A stretch of DNA of 64,000 nucleotides, taken from contig OZ176058.1 of assembly GCA_964247055.1 (NCBI GenBank), positions 3,286,001 to 3,350,000 on the forward strand, written 5' to 3'. Position numbers and translations under genes: made by a program. Below, one piece after another: positions 28,401-42,200 of this stretch. The stretch's first letter is position 1. Each line of letters opens with the position of its first letter. Under the pieces are notes generated by a model that was given only the letters and a program-made list of their open reading frames with translations, was not told the origin of the DNA and made no database searches. Source of the DNA: Paragordius varius (lineage: Eukaryota; Animalia; Nematomorpha).

Positions 28401-30404
28401 TAAAGGTTTTTTGTAGAATAAATAAATTGTTTGTGCTCAATACTCGACTAAATAGTTTAGACTCAACTTTATAGTAAAAACTGAAATTATACGGACAAAA
28501 TGTAAAATGAGACAAAATGTTTTTTTTTCAAAAACCATACTTTTTGAACCTTAATTTATCCAAAAAATCATTAAGTTACAATCGTAAAATACATAATTGA
28601 TTGCAATATACATTTCTACATTATACTTTGGAGTATAAAACAATGACTTTTATTTAATTTATAAAATCGAGATTAAAAAAGATTAAGTTGTCTTTATGTC
28701 AAGAATATTGAGCTTTATATTTTCACGTTTTTTCCGTATAATATCAATATTTACTGTAATACTCCTCAAACACATCACATGCCAAATTTTTTTTTTGAAA
28801 AATAAATCGACATAGCTGGTTAAACTAGAAAGTTTTAACTTCCAAAGAGCGTTAATAGTTTTTTTAGTTCATAAAATTAATTGTTCGATAAATGTTTCAC
28901 TAAAATTTTTATGATATTCAAATGTTTAAATAAATTATTAAATTTTAAAAAGCATTGGTTGCTTTAAGAATTTTAATTTTAACAAAAATAATGTTGAAAA
29001 CGGTCTAAAAACACTTTTTCCACATATATTAGACTGCGCTAAATTTTAAATTAAAATATTTCTTACTTATAAATGTGGGTAATTAATTTTAAATAAGAAA
29101 ATATCAAACTTCTAACGTTAAAATTGGAACCATTTTAAAGAAAATCAATCTTGTTTATATTTTTTTATTATACCCAAAATTTGAGACCGAAAACGGTTTC
29201 AAACCAAAAACGTCGCCTTTTGTCTGGTCTCTATTTTTATAAAATTTCTCAATAGATAAGATAAAACACTAATATGCTTTTTTATTTTGATTTTTTGTAC
29301 TTCATAGTGAGCTCATATATCGAGTAACACTTGTCATATTAGCTTTTCAAATTTTCTATAAGGTTTTATTTTATAACAGGAATCTCCAAAAATGGCTTCG
29401 CCTGGGCGCATTATTTATTCAAAAAATTCCGGGTGCTGCACATTTAAAATATATATGGGCATTTATATTTAAAGCATAAGACTGGAAAATGACAACACAA
29501 TATTACAATTTTTTCTAGTTTTTGCTACAATCCAAAATACACATTAAAAATTTGTTTAAAAGCTATCGATTTTACTAAAATTTTATGAGTATGTTTTGAG
29601 AATTTAAATTTTATAAATATTTCAGGGGACGTGTAGAAAGCTAGTGATGGTCGCATGTTAGATTTTGATTTGAATACAGTAAAAGAAATTATACGGACAA
29701 AACGTAAAAATGTAGAATATGTTTTTTGCAAAAGATAACCCGTCATACTTTTTAAATTTGGATTGATTATTTTTATTATAAATGATTATTTAATTGACAA
29801 TGTATCAAACACAAAGTATAAATTAATATAACATCAATTTTTTATTTAACAGCGGTAGGTAAATATTCTATATGAGTAATATTAAGGTGCAAAAAGTATG
29901 GAGTTTTTTTTAAAAAAAATATATGTGTCCTTATATTTTTACGTTTTGTTCGTATAATTTCAGATTTTACTGTAATGTTTTTTTTGAGAACCTAAAAAGA
30001 CCATAAAATGCACATTTTATTATTATTTAGAATATTTATTTTAAGTATCTAAACACAAACAAAATTGTTAAATTTAAAAACCTAATAAATAAAGTAGTTG
30101 AAATCATGATAGAGACATAATATTTTATCAATAATTTTTTATTATAGATTCACGCAACAATCAATTAAAATGTTTCTATTTAAGTTTTATTTTATGTTTT
30201 AATGTTTTGAACAGTACCTTATTATGCCTATTAATGTTTTATTTAGATTCTCGTGATTATCACAAAGTATAAAAAGATCGATATATTAATGTTTTAATTT
30301 TATTTTGGAATTTCGAAGGAGAATGAAAAATATCTTTAATGCTTTATGTTAATGCTTTAAAACTGAAATTTCGGAACATCACCCCTCAATATTGGATACA
30401 CCAA

Positions 30405-32200
30405 ATTGGCTCTAGTATTTGTCCATCAATTATTAATCTGTTAATCATGAATTGTGAAATATTTGGATCAATTCTAGATGACCCTTATTGACTCTAGTAT
30501 TTGTCCATCAATTATGAATCTGTTAATCATGAATTGTGGAATATTTGGATCAATGCTAGATGACACCTATTGACTCTAGTTTTTGTCCATCAATTATGAA
30601 TCTGTTAATCATGAATTGTGAAATATTTGGATCAATGTTAGATGACACCTATTGGCTCTAGTATTTGTCCATCAATTATGAATCTCTTAATTATAAATTG
30701 CGGAATATTTGGATCAATACTAGATAACTCCTATTGGCTCTAGTATTTGTCCATCAATTATGAATCTCTTAATCAAGAATTGTAGAATATTTGGATCAAT
30801 ACTAGATAACTCCTATTGGCTCTAGTATTTGTCCATCAATTATGAATCTCTTAATCAAGAATTGCGAAATATTTGGATCAATGCTAGATAACTCCTATTG
30901 GCTCTAGTATTTGTCCATCAATTATGAATCTCTTAATCAAGAATTGCGAAATATTTGGATCAATGCTGGATAACTCCTATTGGCTCTAGTATTTGTCCAT
31001 CAATTATGAATCTCTTAATCAAGAATTGCGAAATATTTGGATCAATGCTAGATAACTCCTATTGGCTCTAGTATTTGTCCATCAATTATGAATCTGTTAA
31101 TCAAGAATTGTAGAATATTTGGATCAATACTAGATAACTCCTATTGGCTCTAGTATTTGTCCATCAATTATGAATCTCTTAATCAAGAATTGTGAAATAT
31201 TTGGATCAAAGCTAGACGACATCTATTGGCTCTAGTATTTGTCCATCAATTATGAATCTGTTAATCATGAATTGCGAAATATTTGGATCAATGGTAGATG
31301 ACCCCTATTGGCTCTAGTATTTGTCCATCAATTATGAATCTGTTAATCATGAATTGCGAAATATTTGGATGAATGCTAGATGACCCTTATTGGCTCTAGT
31401 ATTTGTCCATCAATTATGAATCTGTTAATCATGAATTGCGAAATATTTGGATCAATGTTAGATAACTCCTATTGGCTATAGTATTTGTCCATCAATTATG
31501 AATCTGTTAATCATGAATTGCGAAATATTTGGATCAATGTTAGATAACTCCTATTGGCTCTAGTATTTGTCCATCAATTATGAATCTTTTAATCATGAAT
31601 TGTGGAATATTTGGATTAATGCTAGATGACTCCTATTGGCTCTAGTATTTGTCCATCAATTATGAATCTTTTAATCATGAATTGTGAAATATTTGAATCA
31701 AAGCTAGATGACCCATATTGACTCTAGTATTTGTCCATCAATTATGAATCTTTTAATCATGAATTGTGAAATATTTGAATCAATGCTAGATGACCCTTAT
31801 TGGCTTTAGTATTTGTCCATCAATTATGAATCTGTTAATCATGAATTGCAGAATATTTTGATCAATTCTAATATTGGCTCTAGTATTTGTCCATTAATTA
31901 TGAATCTGTTAATCAAGAATTGTGGAATATTTGGATCAAAGCTAAATAACTCCTATTGGCTCTAGTATTTGTCCATCAATTATGAATCTTTTAATCATGA
32001 ATTGCGAAATATTTGGATCAAAGCTAGATGACACCTATTGGCTCTAGTATTTGTCCATCAATTATGAATCTGTTAATCATGAATTGTCAAATATTTGGAT
32101 CATTGCTAGATGACCCCTATTGGCTCTAGTATTTGTCCATCAATTATGAATCTCTTAATCATGAATTGGGAAATATTTAGATCAATGCTAGATAACGCCT
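30405..32200. repeat. 82-bp tandem satellite, about 22 units
   Basis: TCTAG anchor at 30411, 30493, 30575 etc. Unit approx. TATTGGCTCTAGTATTTGTCCATCAATTATGAATCTGTTAATCATGAATTGTGAAATATTTGGATCAATGCTAGATGACCCC; no spacers. Confidence 0.97.
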
Positions 32201-32242
32201 ATCACTCTGAAATGGGAATAAAAAAATAAACCCTAAGAATAG

Positions 32243-33458
32243 TATATATTCGTTACCTAAAAGTTTCAGGATAATAAATATCGAAATGATAATGGGGTAA
32301 AAAACTAGATAAAAAGTTATTTTTATTTTTCTCTTATTAGCCAAAATCAAAATAAGCGCATTTTTAACACATAGTGGATCTAACATAATTTATTACAATA
32401 TAGATGGAAATACGTCAACTAAATTCTGTTTGATAAGTATAGCATATGGATAATTCCATACGCAAAATTGATTAAGATTTTCCACTCTTTTGGTCGGTCC
32501 CAGAAAGTTTTACGAGAATTAAGCCAAAAAAATCTCACTTTGATGTCAAATTTGAATTATAAAAACTTCTGTTAATATGCGGTAAAATAATTTAATTTTA
32601 ATTAAAACAATCATATATTAACTCTATATAAAATTTACCAAATCGACTTCAAAAAAATAGGCCCTATATAAAAAAGAAAATTTTTCGATAATCATCGGAA
32701 GATGCGTGATGCTCATTATTCTTACATTCAATAAATATATTAAAATATCTTTTCCATACTATTCGATGCAGAAAAAAAGATCTATCATCTCAGATTTTTG
32801 ATTTAGGTGTTTTACCCCAAAATCTTGATTTATTTTTGACGTCATTTTGGTTTCTTATGTAGGCTTTATGGTAAAAAAATTCCCTAAATCAAAATCCTGA
32901 GATGATAAATCTTTTTTTCTGCATCTATTTGTATAAAAAAGGTATTTATAATATATTTATTGAATGTTAATGTTAAAATTATACGCACACAACTTCCCCT
33001 TAGGGGTGAATCATCAAAAAATTTTCTTTTTTATATAGGCTTAAATTTTTTTGAAGGCGATATTTTAAACTTTATATATAGAGTTAATAGTTGATGATTT
33101 TAATATAAATTAAAATATTTTCCGCATATTAACAAGAATTCGAATTCGTTGTCAAAATGCGATATTTTAGCTTATATTCTTGTGAATCTTTCTGGGACCG
33201 TCCGAAAGTAAAAACTTTTATTGATAATATTTTTCGTTTGGAATTACCCTTATGCTATAATTGATCAAATGTAATTTAATTGATGCATTTTCATCTATAT
33301 TCTAATTAATTTTATTTGACCCAATATGCGATAAAAATGTGATTTTTTAATTTTGGCTAATAAGAAAAAAATTTACATAAAATTTTTTCTAATATTTTAA
33401 CCCTATATATCATTTCGATATTCATATCCTAATGATTTTAGCTATCGAATGATATATA
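32243..33458. mobile_element. 1.2-kb imperfect palindrome (foldback / long-TIR element)
   Basis: Paired arms: TTATTAGCCAAAAT/ATTTTGGCTAATAA, GGTCCCAGAAAG/CTTTCTGGGACC, GCAGAAAAAAAGATCTATCATCTCAG/CTGAGATGATAAATCTTTTTTTCTGC; centre near 32840. Confidence 0.85.
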
Positions 33459-36138
33459 TTAAGCGCATCGTGTATTGCCTCTAGTATTTTTCCATCAATA
33501 AATTCAATGTAAATCTAATCAAGAATTGCTTAGTATTTGGATTATTTTTTATTAATCAAATAAATTGAAATTATATTTCATAATTGGTTTCAGTTTTCTA
33601 TTGAATAATTAAGGTAATTAAAGTGAAAATTCTTACACATTTTTTACTAATTACATATAACACGGGACTTAAAATCGGCGAGCATTAAAGTATGTTGAAA
33701 TATACCATTTGCACTTCAAGACTGTTCTTGAACACTTCAAGTTGTTCTTAATACTGTTTTTGAATTTAACCATACATTTTGCATGTATTTTTTAACCTGA
33801 TTTTGTGATTTCTGACTTGCTTCATTTAAATTAATATTTTGATTGGAAAAATCCAATTTTTTATTTTAACTAATTTTTCCAATTCAGTAAGATTATTCAA
33901 TTATTATCAATGTTATCAACGAAAAATGCTAGTTAAAACTCGGGACTAAGGAAAATTATACAGCAAAAATTGAAATTATACGGACAAAACGTAAAAATAT
34001 AAAGACAAATATTTTTTTCTAAAAGACAACCATATTTTTTATACCTGATTGTTTTAAATATGCCTGATTGTTTTAAACTGTATAATATATATAAAAAAGA
34101 AATGTAAATTGGTAGCAATGTAAGATTATAATTAAATGTTTTATAACAAATAAGGTTTTAAAAAGTATGATTTTATCTTTTTTTTAAAAAAATATTTGTC
34201 TTTATATTATTATGTCCGTTTAATTTCAGTTTTTACTGTAAATTTTTTATGAACATCAATTTGAAAAGTCCATATTTTTAGGGCCGCGTACAGGAAACCC
34301 TTGTTCTAGATTTCGTACATGGCGAAATCATCTGTAATTACAAAAAACCAAAGTCCTCATTCGAATTCCAATGTAGAAACAAATGGGTTTCATTTGTAGA
34401 CCAACTAATATATGAGGCGACATTTTTGAATTAGCATGTACCTCGGTAGTAAATTTCTTTGCAAAAATAAGGTTTTTTTTTAAAAAAAAAAGAAGTCTAC
34501 TAAAATAGTGAGTTTGGGGCAAATTTCCACAATAACATAGCTAGTCTACATTTTTGGCTTAGCTAACAGCATCAAATCACTCGGCTCCATCCTCTTAAAA
34601 TTTTATTTTGCACTGAGATACAGTTAAAATGAAATTATACGGACAAAACGTAGAAATATAAAGACAAAGATTTTTTTAAAGACACAGCCTTTCTGTTGAA
34701 ATCTTTTAAAATTAATATATTTTCTAAAAACTTATTAAAGATGTCCAGGTTCTGAATGATCAAAGTGATTTAAAAATTGGTAAATTTAGAGAATAGCTTA
34801 AAAATAATAAAATATATTTATGATACACGTTTTGATCGATAAAAGTTAAAAACAAATTTAAAAAGTTAAAGGACCAACTTGAAGTTTTCAAATATCAATT
34901 TTGTGATTGTACGATATCGAAACATCAAATCTTCGCACATTATGTCGACAAAACCTTTTTTGCAAAACAAAATTAACATTGTGCATTATTAAGAAACTAA
35001 ACAGTATTTTTATGAAATTTTAATATATACATGAAAATTTTAAAAATGTTATCATACCGTTTGATGTTCCTACTATGATTCCAAATACCATAAAATACTC
35101 TCTATTCTTATAATTATTTAGTTTTTTTTCTAAACTATGCAAATTTGAATTTTATGTCATAAAAAACGTAGCATACATAAATAATTATTATCATCATATT
35201 TTGGCGTTATTATCTCAAAACCAGATAATCTGCAAAAATTTGAGACAATCAATTAAGATTTACAGATCAAAGACAGTTTAAACGTAAATAAAAACATCTT
35301 ATTAGCAATGGAGAGATGAAAATTGTTACACTGAATTACTGTAGCAAAGATCAGAGTTTTCACAAAGTATGGCTGTCCTCAAAAAAATATTTGTCTTTAT
35401 AATTTTATTTTTTAATGTACTCTAAGCTTAATAAATAAATTTAAACTATAAATAAAATTGATAACCATGTCTGGAATTTTTCCATTGAGATTATGAAATC
35501 TGGTAGGTTTTTTAATTTTAACAAAAACTCAAAAAATTTTGAGCATGACACATAATATTTCATGTTTTTGGGTAAAATTTACTAGAATACATATTACCCT
35601 TGATGAACAAAAACACGTCAGAATGCATTTTTATTAATAACAAATTTCAACTGATTTACTTTTTATTTATTCAAAAACATTTGGATTACATTTCAAAAAT
35701 GGTGTATATTTAAAAAAGCGATAAATTGTAATTAAACCGTTTTTTTAAAGCAAATACGAATCACACATTATAATATAAATATACCATTTACACTTTGAAT
35801 TTACTTTTTATTTCAAATCCCTGGAACGTTTCAATTCCACCCTAAATAGTTTTGTTAATTCTAATATATAACATTTTTGAGTTTTTTTACCATGGTAAAA
35901 AAAATTTAAAATTCACATCATACAGAAAATGATGATAAACTCTAACATAAAACATATTTCATATGAATACTGAGTTAGATTCACCAAAAAACACATAATA
36001 TGTATTTTGGTAAATTTGAAATATAAGGGTAAGTTTTAAATGTTTAAGGTTGGATTTTAAATGTTCAAGGGTTCATTTGAGGTGTGGAAATGGTCTATTT
36101 TATTAAGCTTTTTTTTGTCATATATCAAAAAAAGTTAT

Positions 36139-36917
36139 CTAAGCACAGACAAGGGTTGTCGGTGTATTTGCAACATATGTAAAAATGAGCTGGTAGGCGC
36201 CATTTTGAGCCGAACTTCGGCAAACACATGCTCGAAATAAATCAGCTGTTTGGGTATCGAATCCTGCCAGTTGGAAAATTTGTGATAAAAAATTTGCAAA
36301 ATATGTTTGATTGAACGCTCTTGGGGGACCCTAATATATACATTAATACAGTAAAAATTGAAATTATACGGACAAAACGCAAAACTATAAAGACAAGTAT
36401 CTTTTTTTCAAATGAAAAACATACTTTTTAATACCTTTATTTTTCTCATATATGCTATTTAGTTACAATTGTAAAATAAAGAATTGATTGTGCTATAATA
36501 TATATTCCCATTTTAGACTTTGCCATTAAAACAATGAGTTTTATTGAAATAAATCAAGGTTTAAAAGGTATGGTTGTCTTTAAAAAAAATATTGTTTTTA
36601 TATTTTTACGTTATTTCCGTATAATTTCAGTTTTACTGCACATTAATACAGTAGAAATTAAGATTATACGGACAAAACGCTAAATTATAAGACATCTTTT
36701 TTCCAACGACAAACATACTTTTTTAACTATTAATTTAACCTAATAAAATTTTTAAATGTAAAATATATAACAATAGCGTAACCAATTTATATCTCTTATA
36801 TACTCTGCATATGAAGTGAATTATATCGAAAAAATTAAGATTTAAAAAGGAGAATTGTTTTTTGGAAAAAAATATTTGTCTTTACGTTTTGTCTGTATAA
36901 TTTCAAACTTTAATGTA

Positions 36918-36964
<47 letters not shown>

Positions 36965-39158
36965 ATCAGTATGTATTTTTCAATTGTAAACACAGTAGTG
37001 GAAAAAAACAACAACAAAAGTTGATTTAAAAAATAAAGTTATGTAATAGAGGAAAAAATTGTTTATATCGATCATTGGTTGTATTTTACCCATATGCTAT
37101 TGTGTTGTTAATAGACCAATCTAGTACAGTACCATATGATATTTAACAAGTTTTGTCTATAATTTAAACCGTTTAAGATGGAAATTGTTTAATTTTAACC
37201 ATTTGTTGTTTTTTATCTATATGTTGCCATTAGCCAATAAATGTGCATACTGTATATATACCATTACAATTCAAATTCACCCTTGAATAATTCAAATTCA
37301 CCCTAAAAATAAATTATGTGTTTTCGAACTAATATAACTCATTGTTAATCAAAAATATCTTTATGGCATAGTTTTTTATATATTCAGTATTATATTAATT
37401 TAAAACAAAATTTTTATTTTTTAAAAATATATAAAAATATAGGTAATAATTAATCTCAAAAAACATATATTTTTTTAGGGTGAGTTTGAATTGTTTAAGG
37501 GTGAATTTGAATTTTTTAGGGCTGAATTTGAATATTAATGGTACAGTAAATAATACGGACAAAATGTAAAAATAAAAATACACAAATATTTCATTTGAAA
37601 AGGCAACCAATCTGATATATACCTTTCTTTTTCTTACACAAACTATATAAAAGAGTGTACTCTTTTGAAAAATTTAAAGTATTTTAAAAGACAAATTTTC
37701 AAAAGCTCACGGTTAAATTTAAAATGTTTATGAGGTGTTAATGGTATTATAGAATTGCAAAAGTAAAAACCTGATTATATAACGTAGTAACTGGGATAGT
37801 TGTTAAATTTCCACCAATAAGTATATTATTGACCGTTTGAGCAGAATATGTTAAACCTTGACCTAAGACTGCAGAAGAAGGATTGTTTCCGTAAGCAAAA
37901 TCATGCTGAGATTTTTCGTTTTCAGAATAGGAGGTATCGTCCCATTTATCAAAATACGTTGATTTAGGTTCTTTAAATATCCAATTCCAATTATTATTAT
38001 TGTTTTGGTACAAAGAAAGTTGATCGGTAAACGGTGTATTAACAATAGGAAAATTGCCAAAATTTAAGTTATTAGTAGGGTTAGTATTAACATAAGGGTT
38101 AGTAAAGGAAGCAATATTATTTGAATCAGATATAAAGTGATAATTTTTGTGTTGAGACGAGGATGTTAGTATTAAAGCTTCAAACAAAGTTGTATTTCGG
38201 CAATCATATATTGTGTTATTTTCAAAACCTGGTTAAATAAAATAGCCATTTATTATTTGAGAAATGGAATTACAACAAATTTATTTGGATCATATACTAA
38301 AAATTAGCTAATTTAACAGTTTTGCAGATAATATACTGGAAAAATGAAATTATACAGACTAAAAGTGAAACTCTAAGAAGACAAAAGAATCAATCATATT
38401 TTTAAAAATTTAATTTTATTAAATGTAATCATGGGTGGGCAAATTGGGAATGGTGTAATTTAATTGTAAAAGTCGAAATTATATTATTAACAAAACGTAA
38501 AAAATAAAGATAAATATTTTTTTTACTAAAAGACAACCATACTTTTTAAAAATTCATTGTTTGAAATATAACTCTTTATTTAATATTTCAAAGTGTGATA
38601 TAGATATATCTAACTAAAGCAATCTTTATGTTTACCATCGTAATTAAATAGCTTATAGAGGAAAAATTTAGGTTTGAAAAAGTATGGTTATCTTTTGAAA
38701 AATAAAATTGTCTTTATATTTTTACGTTTTGTCCATAATTTTTACTGTATGTTTAAACTGCTAATCAAATAGTCTATTTGGAAAAAATTAAGGTTAAAAG
38801 TATTGATCATAAGAGTTATGTGCGATTTAAAATCTACATTTTGTCCGTATAATTTTAAACATTTATTGTAATAACAATTTTTTATATTTGAATTCTTTGG
38901 GATTCAATTTCGCTGATACCGAAAGTATCCGTAAAACACCAGGTTAGCTAATTACCCAATCACTAAATTATAAATATGATAAAATTAATATCAAAAACCC
39001 ATAAATATAAAAAAAAATTTTTTTACCTAAATTGCAACATACACCATAATTTTGATTTCTGAAAGGTAAGCAATTGTATCCTGAAGGACAAGCTGGAAAA
39101 TTCTATAATAATAATAAATTATAAATATTATTTGTAATAAAAATTTCATAAAAATTTG

Positions 39159-39238
<80 letters not shown>

Positions 39239-42200
39239 TATGAGTAGAAAGTTTTTAATTATTGCCAAATAGCACATATACAACAAAGGACAGTATTATT
39301 GGAGTATAGTTATTTTTTTCACGTTTTCTAATATTAGCCCCAATAATAATTTTCTTTGCTGCATATACTATTTAGCAATAATTAATAACTTTCTACCAAT
39401 ATATACTTATTATATATATATATATATAAAATATGTATTCCGATAGAAAAAAGTATTAGGATTATATGGTGCTTTTGGATTAAGGATTACGAGCGAGTTA
39501 TATGAATTAAAGTGAAAATTTAAATTATCGGACAAAAGGTAAAAATATAAAGACATATAATATTTTTTTTCCCAAAAGACAACCATAATTTTCAATCTTG
39601 TTTTAGCAAATATAAATCATTGTTTTAAACTGCAAAATATTAAATATAAATGTAATTAATAACACAATCAATGATGTAGTTTGATATTGTAATTAAAAAT
39701 ATAGCAAAAATTAAGGATTTAAAAAGTATGGTCGTCATTGAAAAAAATATTTGTCCTTATATTTTAACGTTTTGTCCGTATATCAATTTTAATTGTATAT
39801 TAATCATTATTTTAGACATGGACTTCGAACAAAATTTTTGGATCTTAAAATGGGCTAGTTATCCAACAAATCTAAAAATTCAGAAAAAAATTGCGCTATA
39901 ATAATTAACGCTTGATAAGGATATCACAGTAAAAATTGAAATTATACGGACAAAAGGTAAATTATAAAGACATTTTTTTAAAGACAACCTAATTTTTTCA
40001 AACCTTAGGATGGTAAAAAATTAATTGCTTTAGCAATATATATATATATATATACACTTTGAAATATTAAATAAAGAGTTATATTCAAAAAAATAGAGAA
40101 TTAAAAGTATGGTTATCTTTTAGAAATAAATATTTATCTTTATATTTTTACGTTTTGTCCGTATAATTTAAATTTTACCTGTAAAATAAATTCTAAACTG
40201 CATCCTTATTTTAATTTTTGCATTTTTAATGGCCTATTTTATAGTATTTTAAATGTTAGTTATAACGGTATTTTAAAAAATTTATGTTTTTAAATTGTGT
40301 TTTCTATGGGAAAATACCAAAATTTTAAAACAAACAACATATCTTTGAATCAAAGATTTAAAAGTATTTTTAGAGGAGGTCATTTAAAAAACGGATATTA
40401 TTTAAAATTTTGTATATTAAAAAAGTAAGTTGAAATCCGACATAACGATTTTAAATCAATAGTTTTGACCAAAGATTTAAAAGTGTTTTTAGAATAATAT
40501 TTCAAAAACTGAAATTATTTAAAATTATCTGGTATCCTTAAAATTTTCAGTTTACTAAAAATAAAAAACTAATTATTAATGACATTTAAGAAATAAAAAT
40601 GTATATCGATTATAAATCAAAGTTTTTGAAATTAGAGGGTTAAAAGGGTATATGCTTGATTTTATGATCATTAACGCTCAATCAAAAATAATTGAAGAAC
40701 ATTAAAATCTTAGTCTAAAAATTTTAGTTAAAAATTACTTGTCCACAAACAACATTGGCCAATACGTTAGCACTTGGGCACTGAGTACTCACAACATTAC
40801 CTATTTGAAAATAAATTTACAGTAAAAACCGAAATTATACGGACAAAACGTAAAAAAATAGACAAATTTTTTTTTCAAAATACAACCAATCATTATTTTA
40901 AACTGTAATATATAAAATAGAAATGTTAATTGGTAACACAATCAATTATGTAGTTTACGATAGTATTTTATATAGCAAATATAACAAAAGTATGGTTGAC
41001 TTTCGAAAAAAAATATTTTTCTTTATATTTTTACATCTGGTCCGTATAATTTCAGTTTTTTAAGTTAAGTTGGTGCCTATAAAATATTTTGAATGCATAT
41101 ACATATAATTCCGCCTTGCTTATCCATTGGAAATTAAACCTCGGTCCTAAGATGGCTGGCTGGGTAATTTAATCATTATTTAATGTACTTATTAAAATTA
41201 TAATAATTTACATATATCTCACACAGCTATGTAATTTTATCGGTGATGAAAAATGTTTTATTTGCCCCTTTATTACTGCAATCTTGGCAGAATACAACAC
41301 TAAACTAAAAATCGCAACCTGTGAAGAAGTTAATTTACAATATTGCAAAAATTTGACCTCGACGTAGCAACACACACACACAATTTGGTAAGTACCCTAA
41401 ATATATTAACTAGTTTATCATTAACACATCTTATTTGGACAAAAATTGGCCACCTACAAATTTTCCTATCTTTAAATATTACACTGGGTACAAATCCTGA
41501 AGGTATAAAATATATCCTGATGAAGTATGTATATGTATCATCTCATGGTGGTTTTGGGCTTTAAAACTAATATAAGAAGATATTAATCCTTGCTAATAAA
41601 TTATTGGCTTTGATTAAATGCTTCATTGCAAAAAATATCACTTAAAATTTAATAAGCTTTATATACAGTAAAAATATAATTAAACGGACAAAACTTAATA
41701 TTATTAAAGTAAAATATTTTTTTTCAAAAGACAACCATACTTTTTCAAACCTTATTTTTTCCTTTGTAAGCTATTTAATTTCGAAGGTAAAATATCAAAT
41801 TGATTGTTTTAGTAATATAATATATCTACTTTGCATTTCGCTATATTAAAAAAGAGTTATTTTCAAAAAAAGGAAGATTTAAAAAGTATAGTTGTCTTTG
41901 TTTTAAACTGCAAAATATAAAATAGAAATGTAAATTGGTAAATTAATTATGTTGTTTATAATTGTAATTACATTTTTTATATTACAAAAACTAAGGAAGT
42001 ATAGTTATCTTTTAGGAAAAAATATTTGTCTTTATAATTTTACGTTTTGTCCGTATAATATTAATTTTTACTGTAAGCTAAACTATCTTTATAAAATTTT
42101 GAATTTTAGATGTGGACTTCTTCGAAAGTTTTAAATGTTAACTCCCGTCTAAAATGATGAAGTTTTCTTTATCAAAACGTAAAAATGCCGATATTACGCG

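Noticed and set aside
30405-32200. 82-bp array as a CRISPR locus
   Set aside because: Units are contiguous near-identical repeats with no unique spacers, no cas genes, and the context is eukaryotic.
34281-34433. Plus-strand 50-codon stretch GRVQETLVLDFVHGEII...EATFLN after an AG
   Set aside because: No upstream exon or recognisable motif found; it lies between the arms of a partial B2 element. Worth one BLASTX.
41100-41620. GC-richer patch with NFIGDEKCF, possibly a Tc1/maT transposase relic or nested exon
   Set aside because: Only one short motif matches and no consistent frame was found.
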